Shown one piece after another: positions 1-10,765 of a stretch of 64,000 bases of DNA (its first letter is position 1; each line of letters begins with the position of its first letter). Position numbers and translations under genes: made by a program. The notes under the pieces were generated by a model, which worked only from the letters and a program-made list of their open reading frames with translations, was not told the origin of the DNA and did not search any database. Source of the stretch: an uncultured virus (IMG/VR IMGVR_UViG_3300028886_000092) (Duplodnaviria > Heunggongvirae > Uroviricota > Caudoviricetes); the IMG/VR virus record IMGVR_UViG_3300028886_000092; one strand, 5' to 3'.

Positions 1-3000
1 CGATAAGGGCTTGCACCCACTTCGAGAACGATGTGGAGGGTGCCATCATGTCTGCAACAGACGAAACGCCCTTGAACCAGTCCATGCCCTGATAGTTCAG
101 AAGCTCGAAGCCGTCAGTCGGGTTGACTACGGAACCCGTAACCGTCCACTTGCCGTTAGCGTTCTGGACCATAGAGCCGGACTGCTCAACCCACTGAGAG
201 CCGTTATGCTTCATTATCTTGTAGCTGCTGCCGCAATACATTGAGAGCATATAGGTTGCAGAGGTGTCAAGTCCAGTCGTACCGAGGAATCGACTCTTTG
301 TCTGTGCCAGCGTCTCATTCGGGTTTCCGTAGAACTCGATGAAGTCACCATAGTTCAGACATCCCTTGTTATAGCCAGGACAGTCATTGAAACCGAGTGC
401 AACCTGCTCCTTCTTGTCCTCCTTCCAGTTACCCTTGGAGTGGAAGTAGGGGCTGCTGCCGGTATCGCTCTTGCTACGGAACATGGCAATGGGAATGTTG
501 GCAGTGGAATGGTTCATTACCAATCCCTCCAGTTCTACGCTCCCCTTCTTCCATGTGCCGTCAAAGGCTCTCTGAGCAGGTGTCATGTAGTTCCTACCCA
601 AAGCCCTGAAGGTGGCGTTCATCATGTCACAGATGCCGCAGTCATTGGCGTTGGAACTATCGCTATAGTCAACCTTGATGGTGATGATATCCACAGGGAT
701 GCTATCCTCATGCACCTGCACCTTATTGATTGCTGCAAGGGCGTTTGCCTTATCCCACAACTCGCCGTCATAGCCCATTGCTACAATCTGCTCACGAGTG
801 TTAAGCAACGTGAGCGTAGTGCCGCCTGTCTTTGCTGTCTTGTTGTAGGTAGAACCCTTCTTCTGTGCCAGGTAGTAGCGAGGATTCTTGACAGGACGCT
901 GTGCGGACGTGGTACCCTGATTCCTTCGTGCAACGTCTCTTGCCACGAAGTTAGTCCAAGGACGTGCAGGGTCAATGTAGTACAGCGTGACATAAATCTG
1001 GTCCTTAGTGGAAACGGTATTGTCAAGACCTTCAATGTTAGAGCCATTAAAGGGGCACTCGATGATGTATGCCATTCCTCTGTCTGCGAGTTCGGTAGCC
1101 TGAGGACGCAGCTTTGTTGTTAGTATATCGAGTTCTGTCACAGCCTGGGAAGCCATCACACCCTCAAAGTCGAACTCCACTACCATATCGTCTGTCTTTG
1201 TCAGCTTAACAAGGTAGTTCTGAAACGCTTGATCGAACAGGAAGTAATCATCCCATGCCAGCTGATAGAACAGGTAGAAGTCGCCCTGCGTGCCATAGTA
1301 AGAGATGTTTTCTTCCTGATTGAGGTTACTCTGTCCTGCCACATAGCCGATTACTGCCACTTCCTCACCATTCAGATACAACTTGATGAAGTAGTATGTG
1401 ACACCTCCACGGGTCTGACCGAGTCCTTCTGCGGCAGGTTCAACAACAACCGCAACACTCACCTTCTCGCCCTGTCTGTATGCACGTTGCTCAACATGGT
1501 TGGAAAGTCCGGACGCGCAGTATATACCTACGGTTTTGCCTGTAACGAAGAATCCTGCACCTACACCCTCGTTAAAACAATCCATCAGGATAGCATCATC
1601 ATCGACAAGGTTCTTAGATGCAAAAGCAAACTGTATTGCCAATCCGTTAGCCTCAATAGATGTAGGCTTGAAAGGCTGATGGTTGAGGGTCGCGGTAACG
1701 TCCTCCGCTATTCTCAGGCACTTCTCGCCAAGGAATGTAGTGAAGCCCGTCGTGCTCCAGTTTGAACCCCTCACGGCAAGTTCGTAGCCGTTGCTCACTA
1801 TCTCATGGCTTTCCTCCTCGTTGCTTCTGTTGGCAAACTCAAAAGAGTATATAGCACCGCTCTTCAGGGCTGCGTCAATAACGCTTCCGCTGACAAGGAA
1901 GGGAATCTCTATGCCATAAGACAATCCGCAACCTACCTTCACGATATGTGAGAAGGTTCCGTCTGATACAACTCCAGTCACCTGATGCGTGTAGCTATAA
2001 GGAACGGAACGATATGCGGTATGACTCTGTGCTGATGATCCGTCAAGATATACGGTAGCTGTGGGAGCGTTGTTAGTCGGGTCATAGACGGCATAGTTAA
2101 CAACTATTGTCTCATACAACTTGACTGTAGCATTAACGGTGTCACACGTCCAACTCTCAACAACAAGAGGATTAATACTGCTTTCATCGATACAGAAGAT
2201 ACCCGAATAGAGGTAGTTTCCGACAACACCTGATGCTATATCCACGCCATGAACACGTATAGGATAAGCACCATGAGTCAGGGCAACACCGAGACAGTTT
2301 TTCGGGTCTATTGTGATACCATGCGAATAGGTATCCTGAATGACACTGCTACCCAGCTGCCGCCACTCTCCGTTAAGCAAGATTTCAGTAATGGCGGTTA
2401 TACCTCTGTCACTTGCATTGTTGGCGAACTTGTAGAATGGTATGCTCTTTGAGGCTCCACCGACAACGAGAGCGGTACTCTGCGTGTACTGGAGCGTCTG
2501 CACACTCGTAACGGTAACGTCAACGGCTGTCACGTTGATATTCCTGCTACCTGTGTTGCCGCCATCGTCAGTAATCACACAACGGAACCTGCGGATTCCT
2601 GCCCTTGTGAAATACTGGGAAACATCCATCTCAAAGTCGTATGTTGACAACGAAGCGGATGAGGCCTTATTGAACATGAAGGTCTCAAGCAGCGTGTTCG
2701 TGTCACGGTCATAGAGGGCTATGCTGGCAATGGTATTCTCCTGCTCAGACTGTCCTACGGTAGTGATAGAACGTACTGCGGCACGCAGTATGAACGATGT
2801 TCCTGCATTGCCATACAGAGGGGAATACTGGAAAGCAGCCGTCACGATGGTACCACCGCCACCGCCGCCACCGCCGCCGGTACCGACTGGAATCTGCACC
2901 TCGTCACCAATAGCCTCACCCTTTGCGTTTACCATTTGCAACTTGGCAACACCTTCGGTCTCGGTATCTACACTCATGCCTACAGGAAGATGCTTGTATG

Positions 3001-4231
3001 CACCGCCTGCTGATAAGGCCTTTTCGCTGTCCTCTTCTGGTTCGTCAGTAACTTCTACATCAGTACCGCCACCAAAGTCCTTCCAAAGTCCGACCTCTCC
3101 AAAGTCAGTAACCTGCCCTTGGAACTGCTTTGTCTCCATCGTATTCTCTCCAGTACGGTAAGAAATGATGAGACCTTTCTTGGCGTAGTTTACGCTCGTT
3201 TCCTGCTGATAGGCTACGAGACGCGCTACGGCACTTTCAAGCGTGTAGTATTCTCCGGCTATTGGAGCGCCTATCATCTCATCTATGACGATGTAGGTCT
3301 CACTTCCTGCTGCAAGGCTACCAAAGTCCTTCCAGTTGTCCTTGTTGAGCCAGTTCGTCTCATTCACGGTCTTGCCGATATACTGGTAGGTTTTCCAGAT
3401 ACCTGCAGAAATCTCAAAGGACATAATAAGACCACTTGCCGCCTTGTCTGCCCTCCATGCTGCGTGAACGGCAGACATTTCTGTGTTCTGCTGATCCACA
3501 AGAACGTAATAACCGCTGATAGGTACGGAGTTGGTGACATTGAAGATACTGCTTGCACTGCTGCCTCCAGTCTCAACGAGTTTGTTGGCGGTTGAGTCAT
3601 ACATGTATATCTTGTTACCGCACACATACTGCTTATCAATGTATGGCATTTGAGTTTCGGGGTTCACGAACTCTTCTTGCCCTACCCATGACCTGTAGTA
3701 CTTGATGGTTGATGCTACGGTCACCGCCGCAAAGCAGTTCTCCTCCTTACACCATGCGACTATGAAATTTATGCTACGCAAACTTTGCTGCTCGAATGTG
3801 ATGTGACCCTCAATGACGCGTGCGAAGCGAGATGCGTGATGTGCCCTGTCGTTCTGGGCAATCTCTTCTATGAGGGCACTTTGGTCATAGTCTTTCCACG
3901 TGTTTGGATCTTCAAAGTTTTCTACATCGTCCCCATTCCACTGCTTGCTTTTCCAGCCATCATACGACAGGTATGTCAGTACAATACCAGGCGTTAAAAG
4001 GCCCTTTTCTTCCGCATGCTCATCTTCGTTTATGATTGTATCAATCACATCCGTGAAGTCGCAAGGTTCAAGCCCGTACAACTGAGTTACATTAACGATA
4101 CCTCCTCTTTGCACGTCGTTAATATCCTGCTGCGATACTCCGCTGGCGTCGTCAATCTCAGTAGACTTGGTAACACCTCTCCCTCCAGCTGAACGTCCCA
4201 ACTCAAAGGGTAAAATCATTTTGTTTGCCAT
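1..4231 (-). CDS. N-terminal part (allele A) of the giant DGR-target tail/adhesin protein; runs off the window start
   Basis: ATG at 4231 (MANKMILPFELGRSAGG...) is in frame with the 57871 ORF through the 127-bp overlap; 128-2696 is homologous to 61453-64000; the joined ORF would be about 2561 aa. Confidence 0.8.
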   Translation of the reverse strand, partial: MANKMILPFELGRSAGGRGVTKSTEIDDASGVSQQDINDVQRGGIVNVTQLYGLEPCDFTDVIDTIINEDEHAEEKGLLTPGIVLTYLSYDGWKSKQWNGDDVENFEDPNTWKDYDQSALIEEIAQNDRAHHASRFARVIEGHITFEQQSLRSINFIVAWCKEENCFAAVTVASTIKYYRSWVGQEEFVNPETQMPYIDKQYVCGNKIYMYDSTANKLVETGGSSASSIFNVTNSVPISGYYVLVDQQNTEMSAVHAAWRADKAASGLIMSFEISAGIWKTYQYIGKTVNETNWLNKDNWKDFGSLAAGSETYIVIDEMIGAPIAGEYYTLESAVARLVAYQQETSVNYAKKGLIISYRTGENTMETKQFQGQVTDFGEVGLWKDFGGGTDVEVTDEPEEDSEKALSAGGAYKHLPVGMSVDTETEGVAKLQMVNAKGEAIGDEVQIPVGTGGGGGGGGGTIVTAAFQYSPLYGNAGTSFILRAAVRSITTVGQSEQENTIASIALYDRDTNTLLETFMFNKASSASLSTYDFEMDVSQYFTRAGIRRFRCVITDDGGNTGSRNINVTAVDVTVTSVQTLQYTQSTALVVGGASKSIPFYKFANNASDRGITAITEILLNGEWRQLGSSVIQDTYSHGITIDPKNCLGVALTHGAYPIRVHGVDIASGVVGNYLYSGIFCIDESSINPLVVESWTCDTVNATVKLYETIVVNYAVYDPTNNAPTATVYLDGSSAQSHTAYRSVPYSYTHQVTGVVSDGTFSHIVKVGCGLSYGIEIPFLVSGSVIDAALKSGAIYSFEFANRSNEEESHEIVSNGYELAVRGSNWSTTGFTTFLGEKCLRIAEDVTATLNHQPFKPTSIEANGLAIQFAFASKNLVDDDAILMDCFNEGVGAGFFVTGKTVGIYCASGLSNHVEQRAYRQGEKVSVAVVVEPAAEGLGQTRGGVTYYFIKLYLNGEEVAVIGYVAGQSNLNQEENISYYGTQGDFYLFYQLAWDDYFLFDQAFQNYLVKLTKTDDMVVEFDFEGVMASQAVTELDILTTKLRPQATELADRGMAYIIECPFNGSNIEGLDNTVSTKDQIYVTLYYIDPARPWTNFVARDVARRNQGTTSAQRPVKNPRYYLAQKKGSTYNKTAKTGGTTLTLLNTREQIVAMGYDGELWDKANALAAINKVQVHEDSIPVDIITIKVDYSDSSNANDCGICDMMNATFRALGRNYMTPAQRAFDGTWKKGSVELEGLVMNHSTANIPIAMFRSKSDTGSSPYFHSKGNWKEDKKEQVALGFNDCPGYNKGCLNYGDFIEFYGNPNETLAQTKSRFLGTTGLDTSATYMLSMYCGSSYKIMKHNGSQWVEQSGSMVQNANGKWTVTGSVVNPTDGFELLNYQGMDWFKGVSSVADMMAPSTSFSKWVQALI

Positions 4232-4242
4232 AATCAGATAAT

Positions 4243-5559
4243 TTAGCTATTTGTTATTTTGAAATTCCATGCAACGTCAGATGCGGGTACAATGATGTAT
4301 GAATACAGGTCAGTTACATCGTAGTTGTTTTGTCTCGGTACCTGCACGGTTCCAGTTGTACAGCCTGAGATAATGGCTCCAGTCTCCGAGTGCCTGCACA
4401 TGAGGGTGACATTTCCAGGAACACCGAAGATGAAGAACTTGCCAGCCTGTAACGTACCGCTATAGGTTGTCGATGTGCTGAGTTGACTAAGGGTTCTTGC
4501 TTCTCGCAGATGAGTCGCTATGCTTCCTGCCTCAGGAGCCGCTGACAGCACGTCGCCATATATGAAGTTGACGAATCTGTACTGCTGCTGTGGCACATTA
4601 ACGGTAGTACCCTTGTGAGATACTGCGATGTTGAAAGAAGTGTTCTCTGTTATTGCGTCGTACCCAAGCCGCAAGCCGTTGGTGGTTTCACCAACCACTC
4701 GCAATGTAGATGATAGTGAAGCATAATTCTTGACGGTTACACCCCTTCGCATGATGTCTATTCTCACGTCAGGCGTTACAGAAGTGCCTTTCTCAAAGAG
4801 TCCTGCATTGGAACTGGCTACAGTAACCTCCAAGGGGAATACCTGCAAGACAACTGCGTCAAGGTCTTGTGCCTGCTCTGCAGACATGACTCCTGCAACT
4901 GGGTCTGTCTCTCCTTCAGGTATTGTCCCTGCCTTGGGGATAACAGCCGCAAAAGCATCTCCAAGGGTTACGTTCTCCACAACTACGGAAACGGATTCTT
5001 CACCAGTATCTACCCTCATGTTCGTCACCTTGGCTCCTTTCAGGTCTTCAAGTGATGTCTTGTCGGCTGCTGAGAGAAGTCCGGCCTTTGACGTGGTTGC
5101 CGCAGTCAGGGTTATTGTTGTAGTGCTGCCTTGGTCGTTGGTGAACCTTATCTCAAAATTGGTTGTACCATTCGTCCCCTTCGCCACATTGATGTTAGCC
5201 ATCCTAATGCCCAATGAGTTAAGCAGCATCGTAACATACTTCTGCGACATTACAAGTTCTGACGAATTGCCAGAAGCCTCAACGACATTCGCCTTGTCAA
5301 ACTTGTTGGTGTTAAGGGCCAAGACATTATTCTCCAGCGTACCTACACGCGATGTCAAGGGCGTTATAGAACCTTCTACAATAGCAGCCTGTATGAGGGT
5401 CAGGAATACGGATGCGCTTATCCTCCTGCCTCCGCTGAGTTCAATATAACCTCCAGAGGGCAATTCCTGCACCTCCGTAAGGTCCAAAATCTGTGCACTG
5501 TTAGTGCGAATCGACGAAATGACTTCCGATACGATTTCTTGTTTCTCTTCTGCTGTCAT
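4243..5559 (-). CDS. Tail fibre-like structural protein
   Basis: 438-aa ORF in the tail module with AATTSKAGLLSAADK / AGVMSAEQ repeats typical of phage fibre proteins. Confidence 0.55.
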   Translation of the reverse strand: MTAEEKQEIVSEVISSIRTNSAQILDLTEVQELPSGGYIELSGGRRISASVFLTLIQAAIVEGSITPLTSRVGTLENNVLALNTNKFDKANVVEASGNSSELVMSQKYVTMLLNSLGIRMANINVAKGTNGTTNFEIRFTNDQGSTTTITLTAATTSKAGLLSAADKTSLEDLKGAKVTNMRVDTGEESVSVVVENVTLGDAFAAVIPKAGTIPEGETDPVAGVMSAEQAQDLDAVVLQVFPLEVTVASSNAGLFEKGTSVTPDVRIDIMRRGVTVKNYASLSSTLRVVGETTNGLRLGYDAITENTSFNIAVSHKGTTVNVPQQQYRFVNFIYGDVLSAAPEAGSIATHLREARTLSQLSTSTTYSGTLQAGKFFIFGVPGNVTLMCRHSETGAIISGCTTGTVQVPRQNNYDVTDLYSYIIVPASDVAWNFKITNS

Positions 5560-5562
5560 AGC

Positions 5563-6405
5563 TTATACAATTAAGTTAAATGTTTCGTTATCTATGGTGG
5601 TCACTCTGTAATCATCATCAGCCCTGCGCATGACAAGCAGGTTCCTACCTTCCAAAACTGGATCGAGATTGACAACCCTCTGCAAGCCCTGCGTGAAGAT
5701 GTAGGACTTTAGCCCTTCAACCTCTGCAGTCATCTCCGGCACCTCGCTCTCGTTCCTCGTATAGCGCACCTTGTCAACATAGACATAGTTGCAACTGAGC
5801 AGACGGTTTACGAGGTCTGCAAACCATACGGGACAGCCGTCGCTGTTGCCTATCGTCAATGCTTTTATGGTACTCTCCTGTCCGAAAAGGTCTAACTTGT
5901 CGTTGTCACTGGTGGTAAACTGCTCATTGTTGACGGCAAAAGTCCAGTTGTCATCCTTGAACCCTCCAGGGATGCGGAAGTCGAAGAAACGCTGCATTCC
6001 GTCTATCCAGAATACGGCATCGTTACGTTGCCTGTTGTCAAGGTTGGAATACTGGATGAGGACGGTATCTTGCAGAACCGTCTCTTCTGCTGTAATGGCG
6101 AAGGCCTCACTTGTGCGATTACCTATGACTGCAATATATATGCCGTCACTCATTCCCTGAAGCTCTATGAAGTAAAGTGTCGTAGTGGCGTTCATGGCCC
6201 ATGCCTTCCAAGGGTATTCAGACTCATACCCATTCATGGTGTCACGGATGAGCAGGTTTGGCGGAGCCGATACCTCTCCAGTCGCTATCACCTCAATGAG
6301 TATGCGGTCTGTCTCGGAAAACACCTGCACACACTTAGGCTTGACACCGTGCTTATCGTCTGACGGTGGAAAGAGGATTGTTATAAAAGGACTTATTCTA
6401 TACAT
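5563..6405 (-). CDS. Putative minor tail protein
   Basis: 280-aa ORF coupled to its neighbours in the tail module. Confidence 0.5.
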   Translation of the reverse strand: MYRISPFITILFPPSDDKHGVKPKCVQVFSETDRILIEVIATGEVSAPPNLLIRDTMNGYESEYPWKAWAMNATTTLYFIELQGMSDGIYIAVIGNRTSEAFAITAEETVLQDTVLIQYSNLDNRQRNDAVFWIDGMQRFFDFRIPGGFKDDNWTFAVNNEQFTTSDNDKLDLFGQESTIKALTIGNSDGCPVWFADLVNRLLSCNYVYVDKVRYTRNESEVPEMTAEVEGLKSYIFTQGLQRVVNLDPVLEGRNLLVMRRADDDYRVTTIDNETFNLIV

Positions 6406-9011
6406 TTTTCGATGATATTGTATGTTATGGTACCAAGGTTGGCAAAACAGATGTCTATGCTGTCAAGGTAGCCCTTGTATGTCTTTCCTGCATACGCGAA
6501 CTCGATGAGGCCGTCCCACGTCTCAGGGAAGCTATGGTCATCGGTATCAATGGATATCTTGCCAACCTTGAAAAGCTGCTTTGTGATGTTGATATTGGCG
6601 TGCATAGAAGTGCCGCCTATTATGGCACTCGAATTGGCATCAGATGAGGTAAACTTCAATATCTTGGCGCATGAGCCAATGTATTCCTCGTTGTTCCTGA
6701 CAATCTTGTTCGGAGCAATGGCCGCATTGAACACGGTCTCACTATAGGCGTTCTGCACGGTAATGGAGCGGTCTATTTGCCAGCATCCATCTTCGGGCTG
6801 CGATGCTGAGGCTATGACTATGAAAACATCGTTATCGCTGTCCGTTGACTCGCTGTTATTGCTCTTTACAAGTAGTTCCTCTATCCCGTAGCAGTCTGCG
6901 CGATAGGGGCAGATGAGGCTCAAAGTCTGCTCCGTAAGGTCGCTGTCAGTCTTGTAGTAGTTCGTGAAGTTGAACTCGTTCAGACCTGAGTTTGCATTGT
7001 CGTAATCCTCTTTCGGATAGCCTACCTCAACATCACTGAAGACTTTGCTATCGTCAAACTGGAAAGAAAGGTTGTTGACGTTCAACAGGCTCTTTATTGT
7101 CTCTGACTTGAAGATATCGCTACGATGCTTGAATATAAGGTTTACAACGCTACTGTTGTTCTCGTTGGTGTCGAGCCATCCGTTAGTATGTTTTGCGTCA
7201 CAGAGAATAATGGAGCCGTTCCTGATGATACCATACATGTGCGTGCCGTCATTGTTGAGGAACGCACCGATGTTGAGTCCTATCATTTCACGCGCATGAC
7301 CATTCTCATCATTGTACCAGCTTCCCTGAATGACTGCATCGTTCCTGCTGAAATTTGCATACCACTTGCCAGTATTGTAGTCCTGAATGACAAAGGTGTT
7401 TGCGTACTCATTATAGAACACCTCTTCCATAAAGCCTATATCATGGCCAGCCTCCCACTCGTAGGTGAACGGTGTTGTCAAGTCGAGATCTGCGCCAAGG
7501 TCTTCACTTATGATTCCTCCTATAGGCAGCATTTTGTAGTAGCCAAGGTCGCTCAATTCTACCATAGACCTGCTTGTAATGTAAGACTTCCTGATGTGGG
7601 ACAGTCGCACCCGCTCACCTCTGTCTATCTCCCTCAGCTCCCTATCCATATAGTAGCCGACATGCTCCAGTGTATAGACATAGCCAAAGACGGCCTCCAT
7701 AAAGTCGCAGAACTGCGTGAACGATGAATATATCTTGTTCGTGGTAATCTTACGGATGGACTCTGCTGCAACAAGCAGTGTCTTTGGCAAGAGACTGTCA
7801 CCTTCCTCGATTCTTCCAAAGACGCAAATATCCTCACGGGTGGCAAACATCTTGTCTATGAGTTTCTGCAACAGGGATATGGGCTTTACGACGTTTATCT
7901 CTATCGGGTCGGTGTCGTAGTGACTCTCATTCACAAATGCAGTATTGGTATTGCTTCCCCATCGCAGGCCTGGGTTTAATACAAGACTTGAACTCCCAAC
8001 ATAAGTGCCATCGGGCTTTCGTGCTCCAGACCAATGCACAGTTTGCGTTTTTGTGAAGCTCAACCCAAAAGCCATCTTCTCTCCTGCCGCCATTGCAAAG
8101 TCTCCATGTATATTTACATCTACACTATTGAAGTCTGTGACTTCTTTTCTCCAGACTACGGTACTGCCAACAACAAGGATAAAATATGCTTTCACGGCAA
8201 ATAGCCAGCCATTCCACCAATTACCATACTGGTTAGTGAAGTGTACATCCATGTCTATGTGGACAGAACAGTCCGTTATACAAGTAATGAAACCCGCTCT
8301 GTCCCTATCCATAAGGGCTTTCATCAATGTACCGTCGTCCTTTCCGTTGGCTGCATTACTCCATGAGGCTTCCTCTTGCTGGTCATAGCATGTTATCTGC
8401 TCGCTTCCGAAATCATCTGCAGACACTCCTATATATGGAATGTACATACTGTAATAACCCTTGGAACCTGTAATCGTAACGTCCTTGGAAGAAACCATGT
8501 CAGTAGTTGACTCTCCTGTAGGTGTCTCTCCTGTAACAATGAATGAGAACGTGCGCCTTGTTATGACACCGTTGTACAACAAGTTTGCAGGGTCTTTCAG
8601 GCTTGACACATCAAACTCATACTTACTCTTCTTGTTTGCCTTGATGATGGCGGCTGCACTGTTATCAACGCAACCTATGGTGACTACATTGGCATCGTAC
8701 TGGAGAGTGGCAAAATCAAGAGGACACTCCCACACCTTGCTATAGTTCCAGTTGTTGTCTGCCATATATACGGCAAACACTCCCCTTGATTGCAGGTAGT
8801 GCTTTTCATAGTGGGCTATTATGGCATCGTAGGCCTTTCCGGTGAACTCCAAAGAGCTTCCGCACTTGCGCACTACACCTCCAAGGTCAACGCGGGCGTA
8901 TGACACCTTGATGCTGTCAAGGTTCTTAATCATGCTTGATACATCCATACATTCGGGATTGTCAGTATCTATAGCATAGCATCCAAGTTGAAGGTAGTAT
9001 TTACACAGCAT
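6393..9011 (-). CDS. Large minor tail / tail-tip protein
   Basis: ORF 6393-9092, likely start MLCKYYL at 9011 just behind a TAnnTTTG promoter; lies downstream of the tape measure gene. Confidence 0.55.
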   Translation of the reverse strand: MLCKYYLQLGCYAIDTDNPECMDVSSMIKNLDSIKVSYARVDLGGVVRKCGSSLEFTGKAYDAIIAHYEKHYLQSRGVFAVYMADNNWNYSKVWECPLDFATLQYDANVVTIGCVDNSAAAIIKANKKSKYEFDVSSLKDPANLLYNGVITRRTFSFIVTGETPTGESTTDMVSSKDVTITGSKGYYSMYIPYIGVSADDFGSEQITCYDQQEEASWSNAANGKDDGTLMKALMDRDRAGFITCITDCSVHIDMDVHFTNQYGNWWNGWLFAVKAYFILVVGSTVVWRKEVTDFNSVDVNIHGDFAMAAGEKMAFGLSFTKTQTVHWSGARKPDGTYVGSSSLVLNPGLRWGSNTNTAFVNESHYDTDPIEINVVKPISLLQKLIDKMFATREDICVFGRIEEGDSLLPKTLLVAAESIRKITTNKIYSSFTQFCDFMEAVFGYVYTLEHVGYYMDRELREIDRGERVRLSHIRKSYITSRSMVELSDLGYYKMLPIGGIISEDLGADLDLTTPFTYEWEAGHDIGFMEEVFYNEYANTFVIQDYNTGKWYANFSRNDAVIQGSWYNDENGHAREMIGLNIGAFLNNDGTHMYGIIRNGSIILCDAKHTNGWLDTNENNSSVVNLIFKHRSDIFKSETIKSLLNVNNLSFQFDDSKVFSDVEVGYPKEDYDNANSGLNEFNFTNYYKTDSDLTEQTLSLICPYRADCYGIEELLVKSNNSESTDSDNDVFIVIASASQPEDGCWQIDRSITVQNAYSETVFNAAIAPNKIVRNNEEYIGSCAKILKFTSSDANSSAIIGGTSMHANINITKQLFKVGKISIDTDDHSFPETWDGLIEFAYAGKTYKGYLDSIDICFANLGTITYNIIEKCIE

Positions 9012-9029
9012 ATTTTTACTATTTTTCAG

Positions 9030-9082
9030 CAAAGGTATATAAAAAAGAATCACGATTCCCAAAACGGAAAAATCTCGATTTC
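9030..9082 (-). promoter_or_regulatory. Class-II (putative late) promoter: TAnnTTTG -7 box plus upstream GAAATCGAGATTTT box
   Basis: CAAAGGTA at 9030 and AAAATCTCGATTTC at 9069; the same 39-bp offset recurs at 23168/23207 and 27130/27169. Confidence 0.65.
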
Positions 9083-9095
9083 GGGCATACAAAAA

Positions 9096-9127
9096 GCATG
9101 GTGGGTAATTCTCTTACTCACCATGCC
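9096..9127 (-). terminator. Intrinsic terminator after the putative spanin gene
   Basis: GCATGGTGAGTAA/TTACCCACCATGC stem followed by a T-run on the minus strand. Confidence 0.6.
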
Positions 9128-9150
9128 GACATACTATCGTGATTATGGAA

Positions 9151-9816
9151 TTAGCGTCTGAAAAATTTCAGATACACAAGTATTATTATAACGACTATCA
9201 CACAGAATATGATGGTACCGCCAACAGTTTTCACCCATCTCAAGAAGCTGAATTTCTCAACCACCTCCGTTTCCTTCTCATTGACAGAATCGGATATGGA
9301 GTCGAGTTTCGCCTTGTATATGGAAAGGCTGTCTGCAATGGATTTGAATCTATAGACACTGTCGTACTGGGCCTTCAGGTGCGCATTCTCTTTGATGAGG
9401 CTATCTATGGTTGCCTTGCTCTCCTTCACTATCTGCTGCCGGTAACGTTCAAGCTGCTGGTGTGACGTGACATTCTTTTCTCTGTAATGGTGATAGGTAA
9501 CGCTCCCGTCAGGGTTCAACTCCATCCAAGTAGTATCCTTTATACTCTCCTTCTCTGCCTTATATAGGTTCTCGTTGATGGAGTCCTGCACATACAGGTT
9601 ACGGTACATCTGACGCACGTTCCTCAACTCTGTGGCAAGGCTGTCTATTACTCCATGGTAATAGTTCGTACTGTCGCGCCTCTCTGAGAGAGATACGGCT
9701 GCAAGGGTGTCGGCTCCACTGCTGTAGTGATGCGTCGCAAGGGTACTCTCATTCTTCACGCTTCGGCATGATAGCAAACATACTACCGATACCAGGATAA
9801 AAAGTAATTTCTTCAT
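9151..9816 (-). CDS. Lipoprotein with C-terminal TM helix, putative unimolecular spanin
   Basis: Signal peptide II MKKLLFILVSVVCLLS-C and C-terminal hydrophobic segment GGTIIFCVIVVIIILVYL followed by basic residues. Confidence 0.6.
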   Translation of the reverse strand: MKKLLFILVSVVCLLSCRSVKNESTLATHHYSSGADTLAAVSLSERRDSTNYYHGVIDSLATELRNVRQMYRNLYVQDSINENLYKAEKESIKDTTWMELNPDGSVTYHHYREKNVTSHQQLERYRQQIVKESKATIDSLIKENAHLKAQYDSVYRFKSIADSLSIYKAKLDSISDSVNEKETEVVEKFSFLRWVKTVGGTIIFCVIVVIIILVYLKFFRR

Positions 9817-10009
9817 ATAGCAAATCTTTTGAAAACAATACAAAGGTACGAACTTAAAAGGCTCGAAAACCGACTTCTCGAAAAGTCAGTTTTCATGAGC
9901 TCACTATTTAACGGATAGTTCCGACGTTCGTTTTCAAATTAAAGGCGCATTTTCAAAAGAACTGCCAACAAAAATTAAGCCTCGGCCGGTCGCTCATTGG
10001 GCAACTATA

Positions 10010-10309
10010 TCACTTGAACATATTACTCTTACAAACAAGCACGTCACCAAGTATAAGAAGAGGATAATCCAATCCCATATCCTTCATGTCCTCTTCTGCA
10101 ATGTCTGATGCTGCAGGGTTAATCCATAGGTTTCTCGCAAAGGCGTTCTCGCTGGCTATCATGCAATACTCGCCATTGTCATATACAACCTCTACGGTAT
10201 CAAGAACAATCTTCTGTACCTCTTCAAGTTTGAAGTCTGTCCCGTTCTTCGGGACCACCGGCTCGATATCTCCAGTGGTCCTTACTATAAAAGCATCGTC
10301 TCTATTCAT
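10010..10309 (-). CDS. DUF3846-like small protein
   Basis: PKNGTDFKLEEVQKIV...INPAAS...GDVLVC motif pattern. Confidence 0.55.
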   Translation of the reverse strand: MNRDDAFIVRTTGDIEPVVPKNGTDFKLEEVQKIVLDTVEVVYDNGEYCMIASENAFARNLWINPAASDIAEEDMKDMGLDYPLLILGDVLVCKSNMFK

Positions 10310-10310
10310 C

Positions 10311-10637
10311 TTAGTAAATGGTTACAAGGTTCTCAATTCTGAAACACCTCATTGCCTGCTTCTGAGTATCAAAGTAGGCAAAAGTCTTATAGGATGGTGT
10401 CTTGCTCTTGCTTCCTGATGTTACACCTGCAGGGAGGTTCTGCAAGGTTCCCCAGGCATAGCGAAGGGTTCCGTCTATCTTCTGGAATGCGAACTTGACA
10501 GTACCTTCACGCATCTTCTTCGCAAGTCTGTACAACTCCCATGCTTTGAGCAGACATACCTTCCAGGTGTTAGCGGTTGTAGTAAACAGGAAGTGCGCAT
10601 ACTTCATAACTCTTACTCTGTAATTTCTCTTTTCCAT
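10311..10637 (-). CDS. SH3 beta-barrel (DUF2693/WYL_2-like) protein
   Basis: VKFAFQKIDGTLRYAWGTL...YFDTQKQAMRCFR motif. Confidence 0.65.
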   Translation of the reverse strand: MEKRNYRVRVMKYAHFLFTTTANTWKVCLLKAWELYRLAKKMREGTVKFAFQKIDGTLRYAWGTLQNLPAGVTSGSKSKTPSYKTFAYFDTQKQAMRCFRIENLVTIY

Positions 10638-10680
10638 AACTTTGGTTTTTACTGGTTTGACTTGTTTTTTTTGTTCTTCT

Positions 10681-10764
10681 TTACATCTGTAAAGTTAGCG
10701 TTTTTTGACAAGATATGAAAACAGAAACTTCACCATTTTAACACCTTAACTTTTACTAACATAT
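10681..10764 (-). promoter_or_regulatory. Class-I phage promoter, copy 1
   Basis: TTTACATCTGTAAAGTTA ... AACTTCACCATTTT with an identical 41-bp offset in four copies. Confidence 0.7.
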
Positions 10765-10765
10765 A

